From assembly GCA_964458315.1 (NCBI GenBank), contig CAYWIK010000014.1, forward strand, positions 4,203 through 37,137: a stretch of 32,935 nt of DNA, given 5' to 3'. The DNA comes from an uncultured Spirochaetales bacterium (GTDB taxonomy: Bacteria > Spirochaetota > Spirochaetia > SPDA01 > CAZSGZ01). Below the pieces are notes generated by a model. That model ran no database searches, was not told the DNA's origin, and saw only the letters and a program-made list of their open reading frames with translations. The position numbers and the translations under genes are program-made. Positions 1 to 7,742 of this stretch are shown in pieces (the first letter of the stretch is position 1; each line of letters opens with the position of its first letter).

Positions 1-546
1 CTGTGAAACCGGTTCACCGGTTGCCGGGGCGCCGGCGATACCGGCCGGCCCTTCGTCCGTTTCCGCGGCGGCGGGCGCGACTCGAGCCGGGGCGGAATCG
101 AACGCCTGCGCCAAGCTTCCGGGGCATCCGCGGGCGAGCGTTTCTTCACAGTCGTTTCCACTCTCGTGGTTCCCCGCCTGCCGGCTGCTTGTTTTCCCGC
201 TCTCCGCATAGCCGCGCTCTTCGAGATACTCTACCGCCTGCCGGTGATATTCCGATTCACCGTGATCGAGCAAATGTTTGAGATGCGCCGCAATCACGGC
301 CTCACCTTGAGCTGCAATCCGCTCAATCACTTCTTTTTCGTTGTACGGCCCTGCTTCCCGATCCTCGACGGTTATGGCGCCTTCAGGACATTCACCGATG
401 CAGGCCCCTAAGCCGTCGCAGAAATTTTCATTCACGAGCCGTGCTTTCCCGTCAATAATCTGCAGTGCCCCTTCCGGGCAGCCGGTAACGCACAACCCGC
501 ATCCAGTGCATTTTTCTTCATCGATTGATATGATTTTACGTTTCAT
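1..546 (-). CDS. 4Fe-4S dicluster (ferredoxin-type) domain protein, 5' part only; reading frame stays open to window position 1
   Basis: Absent from the ORF track because it has no stop inside the window. Reverse-strand translation from ATG (plus 546-544) gives MKRKIISIDEEKCTGCGLCVTGCPEGALQIIDGKARLVNENFCDGLGACIGECPEGAITVEDREAGPYNEKEVIERIAAQGE... It carries two Cys clusters (CxxCxxCxxxCP and CxxxxxCxxxCP) and later a CxxxxxGCPG motif. A GGAGAGGAG Shine-Dalgarno sits 6 nt upstream. The overlapping plus-strand ORFs 3..281, 166..411 and 341..613 are Arg/Pro-rich and implausible. Confidence 0.6.
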   Translation of the reverse strand, partial: MKRKIISIDEEKCTGCGLCVTGCPEGALQIIDGKARLVNENFCDGLGACIGECPEGAITVEDREAGPYNEKEVIERIAAQGEAVIAAHLKHLLDHGESEYHRQAVEYLEERGYAESGKTSSRQAGNHESGNDCEETLARGCPGSLAQAFDSAPARVAPAAAETDEGPAGIAGAPATGEPVSQ

Positions 547-631
547 CTATTGCTCCTCTCCGTGTAAAACCGCCGGTTCCAAAAGACACGTTTCCGGAAC
601 TGCCGCTTTATGAGTATTATAATAAGGTTTT

Positions 632-659
632 GTCTAAAAAACCGTAACCAATGTTACAG
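632..659 (-). terminator. Candidate short intrinsic terminator after thrC (minus-strand RNA CUGUAAC-AUUG-GUUACGG followed by UUUUUUAG)
   Basis: 7-bp stem including one G.U pair, a 4-nt loop and a U6 tract. It lies 17 nt downstream of the thrC stop on the minus strand. The stem is short, so the call is weak. Confidence 0.3.
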
Positions 660-675
660 ATTCGAAAATGTTTTT

Positions 676-1848
676 TTATTCAAATCTGCGGGCGGCGGCA
701 TCGATGTCCTTAAGCCCGCTTCCGGTTATCAGAATGACGACGGTCTCATCGGATGAAATGCGCTCCCTTTCCCGCAGAAAGCCCGCGTAGGCGGCGGCGG
801 CGGCGGGTTCGGCGAAGAGCCCCGACAGAGACGCAAGCTCATACTGTGCTTCGAGGATATCATCGTCCGAAACGATAACGGCGCCGCCGCCGTGCTGCTT
901 CAGCTTCTTGACAGCGTAATAGCCGCCCCGGGGCACGTCTACGGAGATGGAGTCGGCAAGGGTCGTTGATGAGACCGGGTCGCCGAAATCGCCCTTTTCG
1001 AGTGCCCGGGCGATCGCAGAGCTGCCTTCGGCCTGTGCCGCGATGATTCGGGGCATGCGGGACGACATACCGGCTTTCAGCAAATCTTCGAACCCTTTAC
1101 ATACACCGGAGATGATGACCCCGTCTCCGGTGGGAACATATACCTGATCGGGTACTCTTCCGAGCTGAAAAAATATCTCGAGGGCGGCGGTTTTTTTTCC
1201 TTCGATGGTAAGGGGATTGAATGCCGTATTCCGGCTTATAAAACCCGGCCTGTCTTTATATTCGAGGGCCAATTCAAAGGCCTCGTCATAGGTGCCGTCA
1301 ACCAGTTCCACCTTCGCTCCGTACTGAAGAGCTTGAATTTGCTTTGCCTTCGGGGCCCCTGCGGGCATAAAAATCGTAACATCGAGTTCGGCCGCGGCCC
1401 CCACCCCGGCCATGGAAGAAGCAGCATTGCCTGTGGAGGCCACGACCACGTTTTTTATCTTATGCTTACGCGCATAGGCCGCCACGAGGTAGGATGCCCG
1501 GTCTTTTAGGCTTCCGGTAGGGTTGGCCGTGTCGTCTTTTAAGAACAGACCGGGGAAACCGGCCGCCTCCCGGAGACGGGCCGGCGCCCACAGCGGTGTC
1601 TGCCCGACGGGAATGGTTGGAAAGTGTACTTTTTCCACGCAGATGAGATCGCCCTGATCAAATAAGGACGTACTCGTATCGCCGCTGCCGCGCCGGTTTC
1701 CGTTCCATGAACCGTTAAAATCAACTTCCAGAATACCCCGCAGCGGCCGGTCGTTCTCCTGTTTTCCCGAGCAGGATGGACAAACCATATGCCCCGGAGA
1801 CATATCGTAGGTCTTTCCGCATTCACTGCACCGGTAATAGAATTCCAT
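676..1848 (-). CDS. thrC: Threonine synthase (PLP-dependent) with N-terminal Cys4 zinc-ribbon
   Basis: 390 aa. N-terminal CSECG...CPSC zinc ribbon. SLKDR PLP-lysine motif and TGNAASSMAG glycine-rich loop, consistent with threonine synthase by my recognition. Confidence 0.85.
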   Translation of the reverse strand: MEFYYRCSECGKTYDMSPGHMVCPSCSGKQENDRPLRGILEVDFNGSWNGNRRGSGDTSTSLFDQGDLICVEKVHFPTIPVGQTPLWAPARLREAAGFPGLFLKDDTANPTGSLKDRASYLVAAYARKHKIKNVVVASTGNAASSMAGVGAAAELDVTIFMPAGAPKAKQIQALQYGAKVELVDGTYDEAFELALEYKDRPGFISRNTAFNPLTIEGKKTAALEIFFQLGRVPDQVYVPTGDGVIISGVCKGFEDLLKAGMSSRMPRIIAAQAEGSSAIARALEKGDFGDPVSSTTLADSISVDVPRGGYYAVKKLKQHGGGAVIVSDDDILEAQYELASLSGLFAEPAAAAAYAGFLRERERISSDETVVILITGSGLKDIDAAARRFE

Positions 1849-1851
1849 TGT

Positions 1852-3204
1852 TTATTTTTGTTTTTCCGTAACAGCGGATTTTATTTTATGAAACAAATTA
1901 TTGTTTCCTTGGAGAGACGCAAAAAGTTTATTTTTCGCCCGCTCCCTCGCCTGGTCCACGGCAAGACCGCCTTCCTTGAACTCTTCCGTTTCGAAACTGA
2001 ACAGGCTCTTGCCGCTCCGAACGACGTTGATCACCGCCCGTGCGTATGTGAAATAAAGGCCGAAATCGTTTTCAGGAAGATCACGAAAATAGAGAGTAAA
2101 CATTATATTTGTACCCTCCGGATCGAAGTCTGAAGTAATTTCAAAAGGCATCTCCTCTCCGAAGAGCGCGGATACCGAATTGTAGAGGCCGGGGAAATTT
2201 TCGCCGGAACCGACCGCAGCTTGCAGGCCGACGGAACGCTTCTGCAGTTCGATAAAAAGATCGGTTTCCGGAGTAAAGACCCGCACAGCATTTTCATCAA
2301 TGCCGAGGCTCGAAAAATCGACCTTCCATAAACAAGTCTGCCGGCCGAGTTCCAAGCCCGCAATGTCTACCTTTCCGCTGAAGTACCCGGCTTGATCGGT
2401 AACAACCTCCGCAATCTCTTTCCCCCCGGAATAGAGCACACAGTGGAGCTGTCCCGTAGGCAGGTCGAGAGAATTGACCACAGCGAGGGAAACCTTCGGG
2501 GCCTCTCCCTGCTCAATAAGCAGCTCTTCCGGCACGACACTGATGTCAAGGGAGGCGGAAAGCCTCGATATTTCACTTTGCAGAAGGTCGATCAGAGCAC
2601 CCTTTTTCCCGTTGACCGCTGCCTGAATCGTCCCGACAAAAGGAGATTCATAGATCAATTTAAAACCGTCCCAGAGAACGGCCAGTTTTTCCGCCACAGA
2701 CTGCCGTTCATGCAGGACCCCCTCTGCCATAGTCACAACTCGATCTTTGAGGGCTTCTTTCATTTCGTCAAGCTTCGATTTTGCAAATCGGTAATAAAAC
2801 CAATACCCCTCTTTTTCCGAGTAGAACGTATCAACCGGCTCTACACCTTTGAGGTTTTGCTTAACATTTTCTTCTATTCGCCGGGAAAGCCGTTCATAGG
2901 TATTTCCTTCCGAATCATCTTCGGTTTCGACGACAATTTCCGCCTCGATCTTAGTCGAAATCGCGGACGCCAGAGAAGCGAGGGCCGCTAACCGCGCTTT
3001 CTCCATGTCCGCCGCGCGGTCTCCGGTATTGGAAGAACCGACCCCGATAAAATAATCCGGATCAATAGGATACTCCACGATCCATGCAGGCAGTTCCTCT
3101 GCCGGTTCCTTGGTTTCCGGTCCGCTTTTACAGCCGGCGAAGGACCATAGAAGGGCCGCGCCGAGGACCAAATAAATTCCAATTTTTAGTCGGCTTTTCA
3201 TCAT
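1852..3204 (-). CDS. Lipoprotein, LPP20-fold N-terminal domain plus ~300-aa C-terminal extension
   Basis: 450 aa. Signal peptide with lipobox LWSFAGC. FIGVGSS...ARLAALASLASAISTKIEAEI segment typical of LPP20/FlgP-like lipoproteins. The stop is 3 nt from thrC's start, which suggests one transcript. Confidence 0.7.
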   Translation of the reverse strand: MMKSRLKIGIYLVLGAALLWSFAGCKSGPETKEPAEELPAWIVEYPIDPDYFIGVGSSNTGDRAADMEKARLAALASLASAISTKIEAEIVVETEDDSEGNTYERLSRRIEENVKQNLKGVEPVDTFYSEKEGYWFYYRFAKSKLDEMKEALKDRVVTMAEGVLHERQSVAEKLAVLWDGFKLIYESPFVGTIQAAVNGKKGALIDLLQSEISRLSASLDISVVPEELLIEQGEAPKVSLAVVNSLDLPTGQLHCVLYSGGKEIAEVVTDQAGYFSGKVDIAGLELGRQTCLWKVDFSSLGIDENAVRVFTPETDLFIELQKRSVGLQAAVGSGENFPGLYNSVSALFGEEMPFEITSDFDPEGTNIMFTLYFRDLPENDFGLYFTYARAVINVVRSGKSLFSFETEEFKEGGLAVDQARERAKNKLFASLQGNNNLFHKIKSAVTEKQK

Positions 3205-4034
3205 CTGTTACTCTCCGGACAGACCGCTAAGGAATAATAATATCTGCCGTTATTCGAATGCCATCGAGCGAGGATGTACATTTCCTTCAATTCGGCCTTC
3301 GCTATTTGACTGGTTGCTGATTTTCTAACCTGCCCGATGCTGGTCGTTTGTTCCAGCTCGCCCGCTTTGGTTTTGATAGAAAGCTGCCGCAGCATCTCAG
3401 ACAGAGCTTGTTTGTCCGCGGCAAGGATCGACTGCTTCAGGGTTGCCCGCCGGTCGGTAACGCCGACGGACACGATATAGCCGGGTATTTCGGGAATCGA
3501 CGTGACCCACTCCGGCTCTTTTGAACCCGCCCTTCCTTTGGGAATCGGGTTATAGCCGTAGGAAGGAGCATTGTTATCCGGCAGCGCTGCAAGGAGCATC
3601 GTGCCGTTTTTGTCCTGATGCATGTCAATCACTTCAAGCCGCTCTGCCAGCTGAGGGACTAAAGACGGCTCATATTGTACCTCGAGATAGGTATACTGTC
3701 CCTTTCTATAATCCAAAAACCCTGTTTCAGCGTCGAGATAAAAATAGAGGGCCGCATACATCGCGGCGTCCTGCAGCGCCGCCGCTTCCTCGTTTTCATC
3801 GTAAAACATATTGTCGGCAATACCTAAAAAAACAGGGCTGCCTTCTTCCGGCAGGCTGGTCCAAAGCCTTCCGGTGGATTCGGCCATGACTTCTTCGAGG
3901 GAAATATTTTTTATTTCTTCGGCGGCACCCCCGGCAGGACCGGCCGGCTTGGTTGTCGTACATGAAAACGTGAAAAATGAGAGCAAAATTAAAAAAGCGG
4001 TTATTACCGCGCGGGATTGTTTTATTCGTATCAT
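3201..4034 (-). CDS. Lipoprotein with C-terminal LPP20-like domain
   Basis: 277 aa. Lipobox FTFSC. GYIVSVGV...AADKQALSEM segment resembles the LPP20 core. 4-nt overlap with the downstream lipoprotein gene. GGGAGA Shine-Dalgarno before the ATG. Confidence 0.6.
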   Translation of the reverse strand: MIRIKQSRAVITAFLILLSFFTFSCTTTKPAGPAGGAAEEIKNISLEEVMAESTGRLWTSLPEEGSPVFLGIADNMFYDENEEAAALQDAAMYAALYFYLDAETGFLDYRKGQYTYLEVQYEPSLVPQLAERLEVIDMHQDKNGTMLLAALPDNNAPSYGYNPIPKGRAGSKEPEWVTSIPEIPGYIVSVGVTDRRATLKQSILAADKQALSEMLRQLSIKTKAGELEQTTSIGQVRKSATSQIAKAELKEMYILARWHSNNGRYYYSLAVCPESNR

Positions 4035-4093
4035 GATATTCTCCCGAAATTTTACCCTAGTGTAGCAACATTTAGCTAGTTTGAAAAGAATAA

Positions 4094-4131
4094 GTTTTAG
4101 AAAAAAAGCCGCCCCTTTTCACCGGAGCGGC
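4094..4131 (-). terminator. Rho-independent terminator (minus-strand hairpin GCCGCUCC-loop-GGGGCGGC followed by UUUUUUUC)
   Basis: 8-bp GC-rich stem with one mismatch and an 8-nt loop, followed by a 7-U tract on the minus strand. It lies 50 nt downstream of the lipoprotein gene that ends at 4183. Confidence 0.6.
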
Positions 4132-4138
4132 TGAGTTG

Positions 4139-4163
4139 TTTGCGATATTTTTTTGCGATATTT
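4139..4163. repeat. Tandem direct repeat TTTGCGATATTT x2 (13-bp period) between a lipoprotein stop and its terminator
   Basis: Read directly: TTTGCGATATTT at 4139-4150 and again at 4152-4163. Confidence 0.5.
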
Positions 4164-4182
4164 CTAAGAACTACAGCTGAAA

Positions 4183-4770
4183 CTATTCTGTAACCGGTTT
4201 CGACTCAGGCGGACTGTCTTCGAGCTGTGCATCCAACTTTTGTGCGGCCTGGTCGGCCTTGAACTCGGCAAATGCCGCGTCTTCGTTCCGCTGAAATGCT
4301 TCCTTCGCGTCGTCGACAAACTCGCTCTTTAAGTAAACAACGCGCACCCAGACCCCGCCGTCTTTCATAACTTCCATCTTGTCCGGAGTAAGTCCGCTCA
4401 GCTCGTTGTTTGTGATTTGTTTCGAGATATTTTCAACGAAGTTGATGGTCTGGCTGTTGTCGTCCACGCCTGCTTCCTGCTGATAGTCGGTCATCATCGC
4501 CTGAATAGTCGACTGGATCTGAAAGGAAATATCGGTCCTCGCCCGCGCGAGAGCAGTGGTCCGGGACGTATTGAGGTTGGACATTTTTGCATACCCGATT
4601 CCGTACATCGCGTCGCCGGCGGTTTCCATATTCATCACCCATTCCGGTAATTCATCAATTTCCTCTTTGGACATTTCCGCTCCGGTTTCCGACTTATCGG
4701 CTCCGCCGGGACATCCAATCAGCACGATGGCAAATACAGCCGCAACCGCTAGAAAGATAAATTTCTTCAT
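4183..4770 (-). CDS. LPP20-family lipoprotein
   Basis: 195 aa. Lipobox LIGC. MYGIGYAKMSNLNTSRTTALARARTDISFQIQSTI matches the LPP20 signature region by my recognition. Confidence 0.7.
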   Translation of the reverse strand: MKKFIFLAVAAVFAIVLIGCPGGADKSETGAEMSKEEIDELPEWVMNMETAGDAMYGIGYAKMSNLNTSRTTALARARTDISFQIQSTIQAMMTDYQQEAGVDDNSQTINFVENISKQITNNELSGLTPDKMEVMKDGGVWVRVVYLKSEFVDDAKEAFQRNEDAAFAEFKADQAAQKLDAQLEDSPPESKPVTE

Positions 4771-4913
4771 TCTACTTGCTCCTTTAATTGAGATTTCTCT
4801 CTAAAATCTACCCCACATCAAATCCAAATTCAAGTTAAATTTACGTTTTTCTCATAATTATCGAAATACATGTCCTGCTTTCCGCAACACCGATTTTTTA
4901 CTATGATGGCACC

Positions 4914-7055
4914 ATGGAAAATACGGCGGGTATATGGTTTGCCACAACCTCCGCGGGGATTGAAGGAATCCTCAAACAGGAACTCGAAAAACTCGGATGC
5001 CAAAACTGCCGCGAGACCGCTGCAGGGGTACACTTCGAGGCTCCCGTGAAGACCGGATATACCGTATGCCTCCGGAGCAGAACGGCGAACCGAATCCTTC
5101 TCAAATTAGGCGTTTTCCCTGCAGTTGACGAAAAAACAGTCTTTTCCGGGGTTAAAAAGTTCCAATGGGACTGCCATATGGGGACGAAAGACACCTTTTC
5201 GGTAACTGCGAGTTCGAAAGACCCCCGGTTTCCCAATACAGGCTATTGTGCCTTACTGATAAAAGACGGGATCGCGGACCACTTCCGTGATGTATACGGC
5301 ACGCGGCCTGATGTAGACCCGAAAAACCCAGCAATAAGCTTCCATGCACATCTTGAAGACGGGAAACTCGACCTCTACCTCGACTTCTCCGGAGGGAGCC
5401 TTCATCAGCGGGGATACAGGACGAAATCCGGGCCGGCAAGTTTAAAGGAACATTTAGCCGCTGCAATTCTCCTCGAGTCAGGGTGGCCGGCTTCGGCACG
5501 GCAGGGCCGTACCCTCCTCGATCCGATGTGCGGGAGCGGTACTTTCTGCATAGAAGGCGCTTTCATTGCGGCTGATTTTGCCCCCGGCCTGCTCCGCGCG
5601 CGGTTCGGATTCGAGGCTTGGAAGGGGCATGTCCCTAAAGCATGGGAACAATGTGTCGATGCCGCAAAACATAATGTTCCTCCGGCATTACCGGCCGGGG
5701 TGAAAATTTTTGGTTATGATAAAAGCAGCGCCGCAATCAAAGGGGCAAAACAAAACAGCCGGAATGCAGGGACCCCGGGGTTGATTTCATTCCGAGCACT
5801 GCCGCTGCATCAATGCGAAAGACCGGGAGGGAATTCTAAAGGTCTAATCGTGCTCAATCCGCCTTACGGCAAGCGGCTGGAAGATGAGAAGCTTCTGCCT
5901 CCTTTATATCAGCTTATCGGCAGAGTGCTTAAGGAACGGTTTACCGGATGGGAGGCCTCGGTCCTTTTACCGTCCGAGGACGCGGGAAAAGCAGTCGGAC
6001 TCAGAGCGCATACGGTGAAGTCGTTCTACAACGGCGAGATTCCGTGTAAATTGGTCCGATTTTCCATCACCGAAGAAAACCGGTTTCATATCTATCTGCC
6101 TTTTTATGCATCCGTAAAAAGCGCAAAAACCTCCGAAGAAAACAGGATTTTTCTTGAAAATCGATTCAAAAAAAACCTAAAACAGCTTGCCGGATATCTG
6201 CAACGGCAAAATATCAGCTGCTACCGTATGTATGACGCCGACATTCCGGAATACGCCGCCGCCGTCGATATCTATGAAAACCGATGGGTGCATCTGCAAG
6301 AATATGCGCCTCCGAAAGAGATCCCTCCTGAAAAGAGTGCGGGTAGACTTATCGATATAATCAAAACAGTCGACACAGTTCTCGGTATTCCGCGGGAAAG
6401 GATTTTCGTAAAACAGAGACAGAAGCAGCGTGAAGGCTTCCAATATGAAAAAGTCGGGGCCGCTTCCGTGGAAGTCAAGGCCCGCGAAGGCGGACATTCC
6501 TTTGTTGTCAATCTGTCGGACTATATGGACACGGGATTATTTTTAGATTTTCGGAATATTCGACGAATGATTGGAGAAGAAGCAGCCGGGAAACGGTTTC
6601 TCAATCTTTTCTGCTATACCGGAACAGCAACAATTTATGCGGCTAAAGGCGGCGCAAAAGAGACGTGCTCGGTGGATGCAAACAAAAATTATTTAGACTG
6701 GGCGAAGCGGAACTTTGTGTTAAACGGTTTATCAACGGAAAAGCATCGGCTGGTTTGCTCGGACTGCATGAAGTGGCTGGAACGCACTAAGGAGAAGTTC
6801 GACCTTATTTTTATCGATCCTCCTACTTTTTCCAATTCGAAATCGAGGGACCATGTAGACCTCATTGCTAAAGCCGCGGAACGGCTGCATCCGGGAGGCA
6901 AAATTTTATTTACAACCCATTTAAAAAAATTCATTTTTGACGCAGATCGGCTCGACGGTCTCGTCCGTCGAGAAATCAGCGGCGATATTATCCCGCCTGA
7001 TTTCGAACGCCGGAGAAATGTTTTTACATGTTATGTAATAGAAAAAAGAAAGTAA
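4914..7055 (+). CDS. rlmL: Bifunctional 23S rRNA methyltransferase RlmKL (m2G2445 / m7G2069)
   Basis: 713 aa. LLDPMCGSGTF, LNPPYGKRL, YRMYDADIPEYAAAVDIYENRWVHLQEYAPPKEI and DTGLFLDFR...DLIFIDPPTFSNSK align closely with my memory of E. coli RlmKL. The length also matches (~702 aa). Confidence 0.85.
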   Translation: MENTAGIWFATTSAGIEGILKQELEKLGCQNCRETAAGVHFEAPVKTGYTVCLRSRTANRILLKLGVFPAVDEKTVFSGVKKFQWDCHMGTKDTFSVTASSKDPRFPNTGYCALLIKDGIADHFRDVYGTRPDVDPKNPAISFHAHLEDGKLDLYLDFSGGSLHQRGYRTKSGPASLKEHLAAAILLESGWPASARQGRTLLDPMCGSGTFCIEGAFIAADFAPGLLRARFGFEAWKGHVPKAWEQCVDAAKHNVPPALPAGVKIFGYDKSSAAIKGAKQNSRNAGTPGLISFRALPLHQCERPGGNSKGLIVLNPPYGKRLEDEKLLPPLYQLIGRVLKERFTGWEASVLLPSEDAGKAVGLRAHTVKSFYNGEIPCKLVRFSITEENRFHIYLPFYASVKSAKTSEENRIFLENRFKKNLKQLAGYLQRQNISCYRMYDADIPEYAAAVDIYENRWVHLQEYAPPKEIPPEKSAGRLIDIIKTVDTVLGIPRERIFVKQRQKQREGFQYEKVGAASVEVKAREGGHSFVVNLSDYMDTGLFLDFRNIRRMIGEEAAGKRFLNLFCYTGTATIYAAKGGAKETCSVDANKNYLDWAKRNFVLNGLSTEKHRLVCSDCMKWLERTKEKFDLIFIDPPTFSNSKSRDHVDLIAKAAERLHPGGKILFTTHLKKFIFDADRLDGLVRREISGDIIPPDFERRRNVFTCYVIEKRK

Positions 7056-7080
7056 AAGCGGCGAAAAGCTCCGCCGCTTT
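7055..7080. terminator. Bidirectional intrinsic terminator between rlmKL (+) and rubredoxin (-)
   Basis: AAAGCGGCG-aaaagctc-CGCCGCTTT gives a 9-bp stem. On the minus strand it is followed by UUUUACUUUCUUUUUU, which is strong. It is weaker for the plus strand. Confidence 0.55.
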
Positions 7081-7101
7081 GCTCATTTACCGATTATCGG
7101 T

Positions 7102-7260
7102 TTAGGCTTCTGAGAAATCGTCCTTCGAAGCACCGCATACCGGACAGACCCAATCGTCCGGCAAGTCCGCAAATGCAGTACCGGGTTCTACCCCGTTATC
7201 GGGATCGCCTTCGTCAGGATCGTACACATAACCACAGATATCGCATACATATTTTTTCAT
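7102..7260 (-). CDS. rub: Rubredoxin
   Basis: Not in the ORF track because it is under 60 aa. Reverse-strand translation gives [52 protein letters not shown] (52 aa). It has canonical CxxCG...CPxCG rubredoxin motifs. A strong GGAGAAGGAG Shine-Dalgarno sits 6 nt upstream. It lies 21 nt downstream of dfx. Confidence 0.8.
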   Translation of the reverse strand: MKKYVCDICGYVYDPDEGDPDNGVEPGTAFADLPDDWVCPVCGASKDDFSEA

Positions 7261-7281
7261 TTAGGACTCCTTCTCCTCTGT

Positions 7282-7662
7282 TTATTCTTCGCCTTTCCAC
7301 AATCCGTGGACGTTGCAAAATTCCCTGGCGTAAACCGTACCTGCGGAAACGCAGAACTCGGCAACCGGCCCGTCTCCCGGCTTGAGAAACTCGCGGTAAG
7401 CTTTCCCGTCGGCGATCAATTCAATCCACTCAATATAATGCTTTTCTTCCATCGGATGAAGAGTGCTTCCAACGGTAACTTTATATCCGTTGGAACTCTT
7501 CTCGATGACCGGAACATGTTTTTCGGTGGATTTATCAGCCGTTTGCTCGTCCAGCAGTTTCATCGGTTCGCCGCAGCAGACAAGCTCCCCGGCGCCTTCA
7601 TGGAGCATTTCGACGATATTACCACACTGTTCACATTTGTAGACCTGCAATTTTTTTGTCAT
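7282..7662 (-). CDS. dfx: Desulfoferrodoxin (superoxide reductase, class I with N-terminal desulforedoxin domain)
   Basis: 126 aa. N-terminal [10 protein letters not shown]...CCGEPM desulforedoxin-type site and C-terminal His/Cys centre (HVP...EEKHYIEW...C..H). GGAGAGGAG Shine-Dalgarno. Confidence 0.85.
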   Translation of the reverse strand: MTKKLQVYKCEQCGNIVEMLHEGAGELVCCGEPMKLLDEQTADKSTEKHVPVIEKSSNGYKVTVGSTLHPMEEKHYIEWIELIADGKAYREFLKPGDGPVAEFCVSAGTVYAREFCNVHGLWKGEE

Positions 7663-7713
7663 TCTCCTCTCCTTTCATCAGATATGACGTTTTAAAATTT
7701 AGCTATTTAGTTA

Positions 7714-7742
7714 AGTATACTATTTCCCTTTTTTTCAGTCAA
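7714..7742 (-). promoter_or_regulatory. Sigma-70-type promoter for dfx-rub: TTGACT - 17 bp - TATACT (minus strand)
   Basis: The -35 TTGACT (plus 7737-7742) overlaps the histidine-kinase stop codon. The -10 TATACT is at plus 7714-7719 with an exact 17-bp spacer. The predicted 5'UTR of ~44 nt contains the Shine-Dalgarno. Confidence 0.5.

Noticed and set aside
3-613. Three plus-strand ORFs (92, 81, 90 aa) at the window start
   Set aside because: They overlap the better-supported minus-strand ferredoxin-domain gene and have Arg/Pro-rich implausible translations.
547-631. Sigma-70 promoter for the ferredoxin-domain gene (TATAAT at plus 618-613 on the minus strand)
   Set aside because: A good -10 is present, but I could not find a -35 at 16-18 bp spacing. 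Left unannotated.
2392-2991. 199-aa plus-strand ORF inside the 450-aa lipoprotein gene
   Set aside because: Antisense to a gene with signal peptide, lipobox and LPP20 motifs. No Shine-Dalgarno and biased composition.
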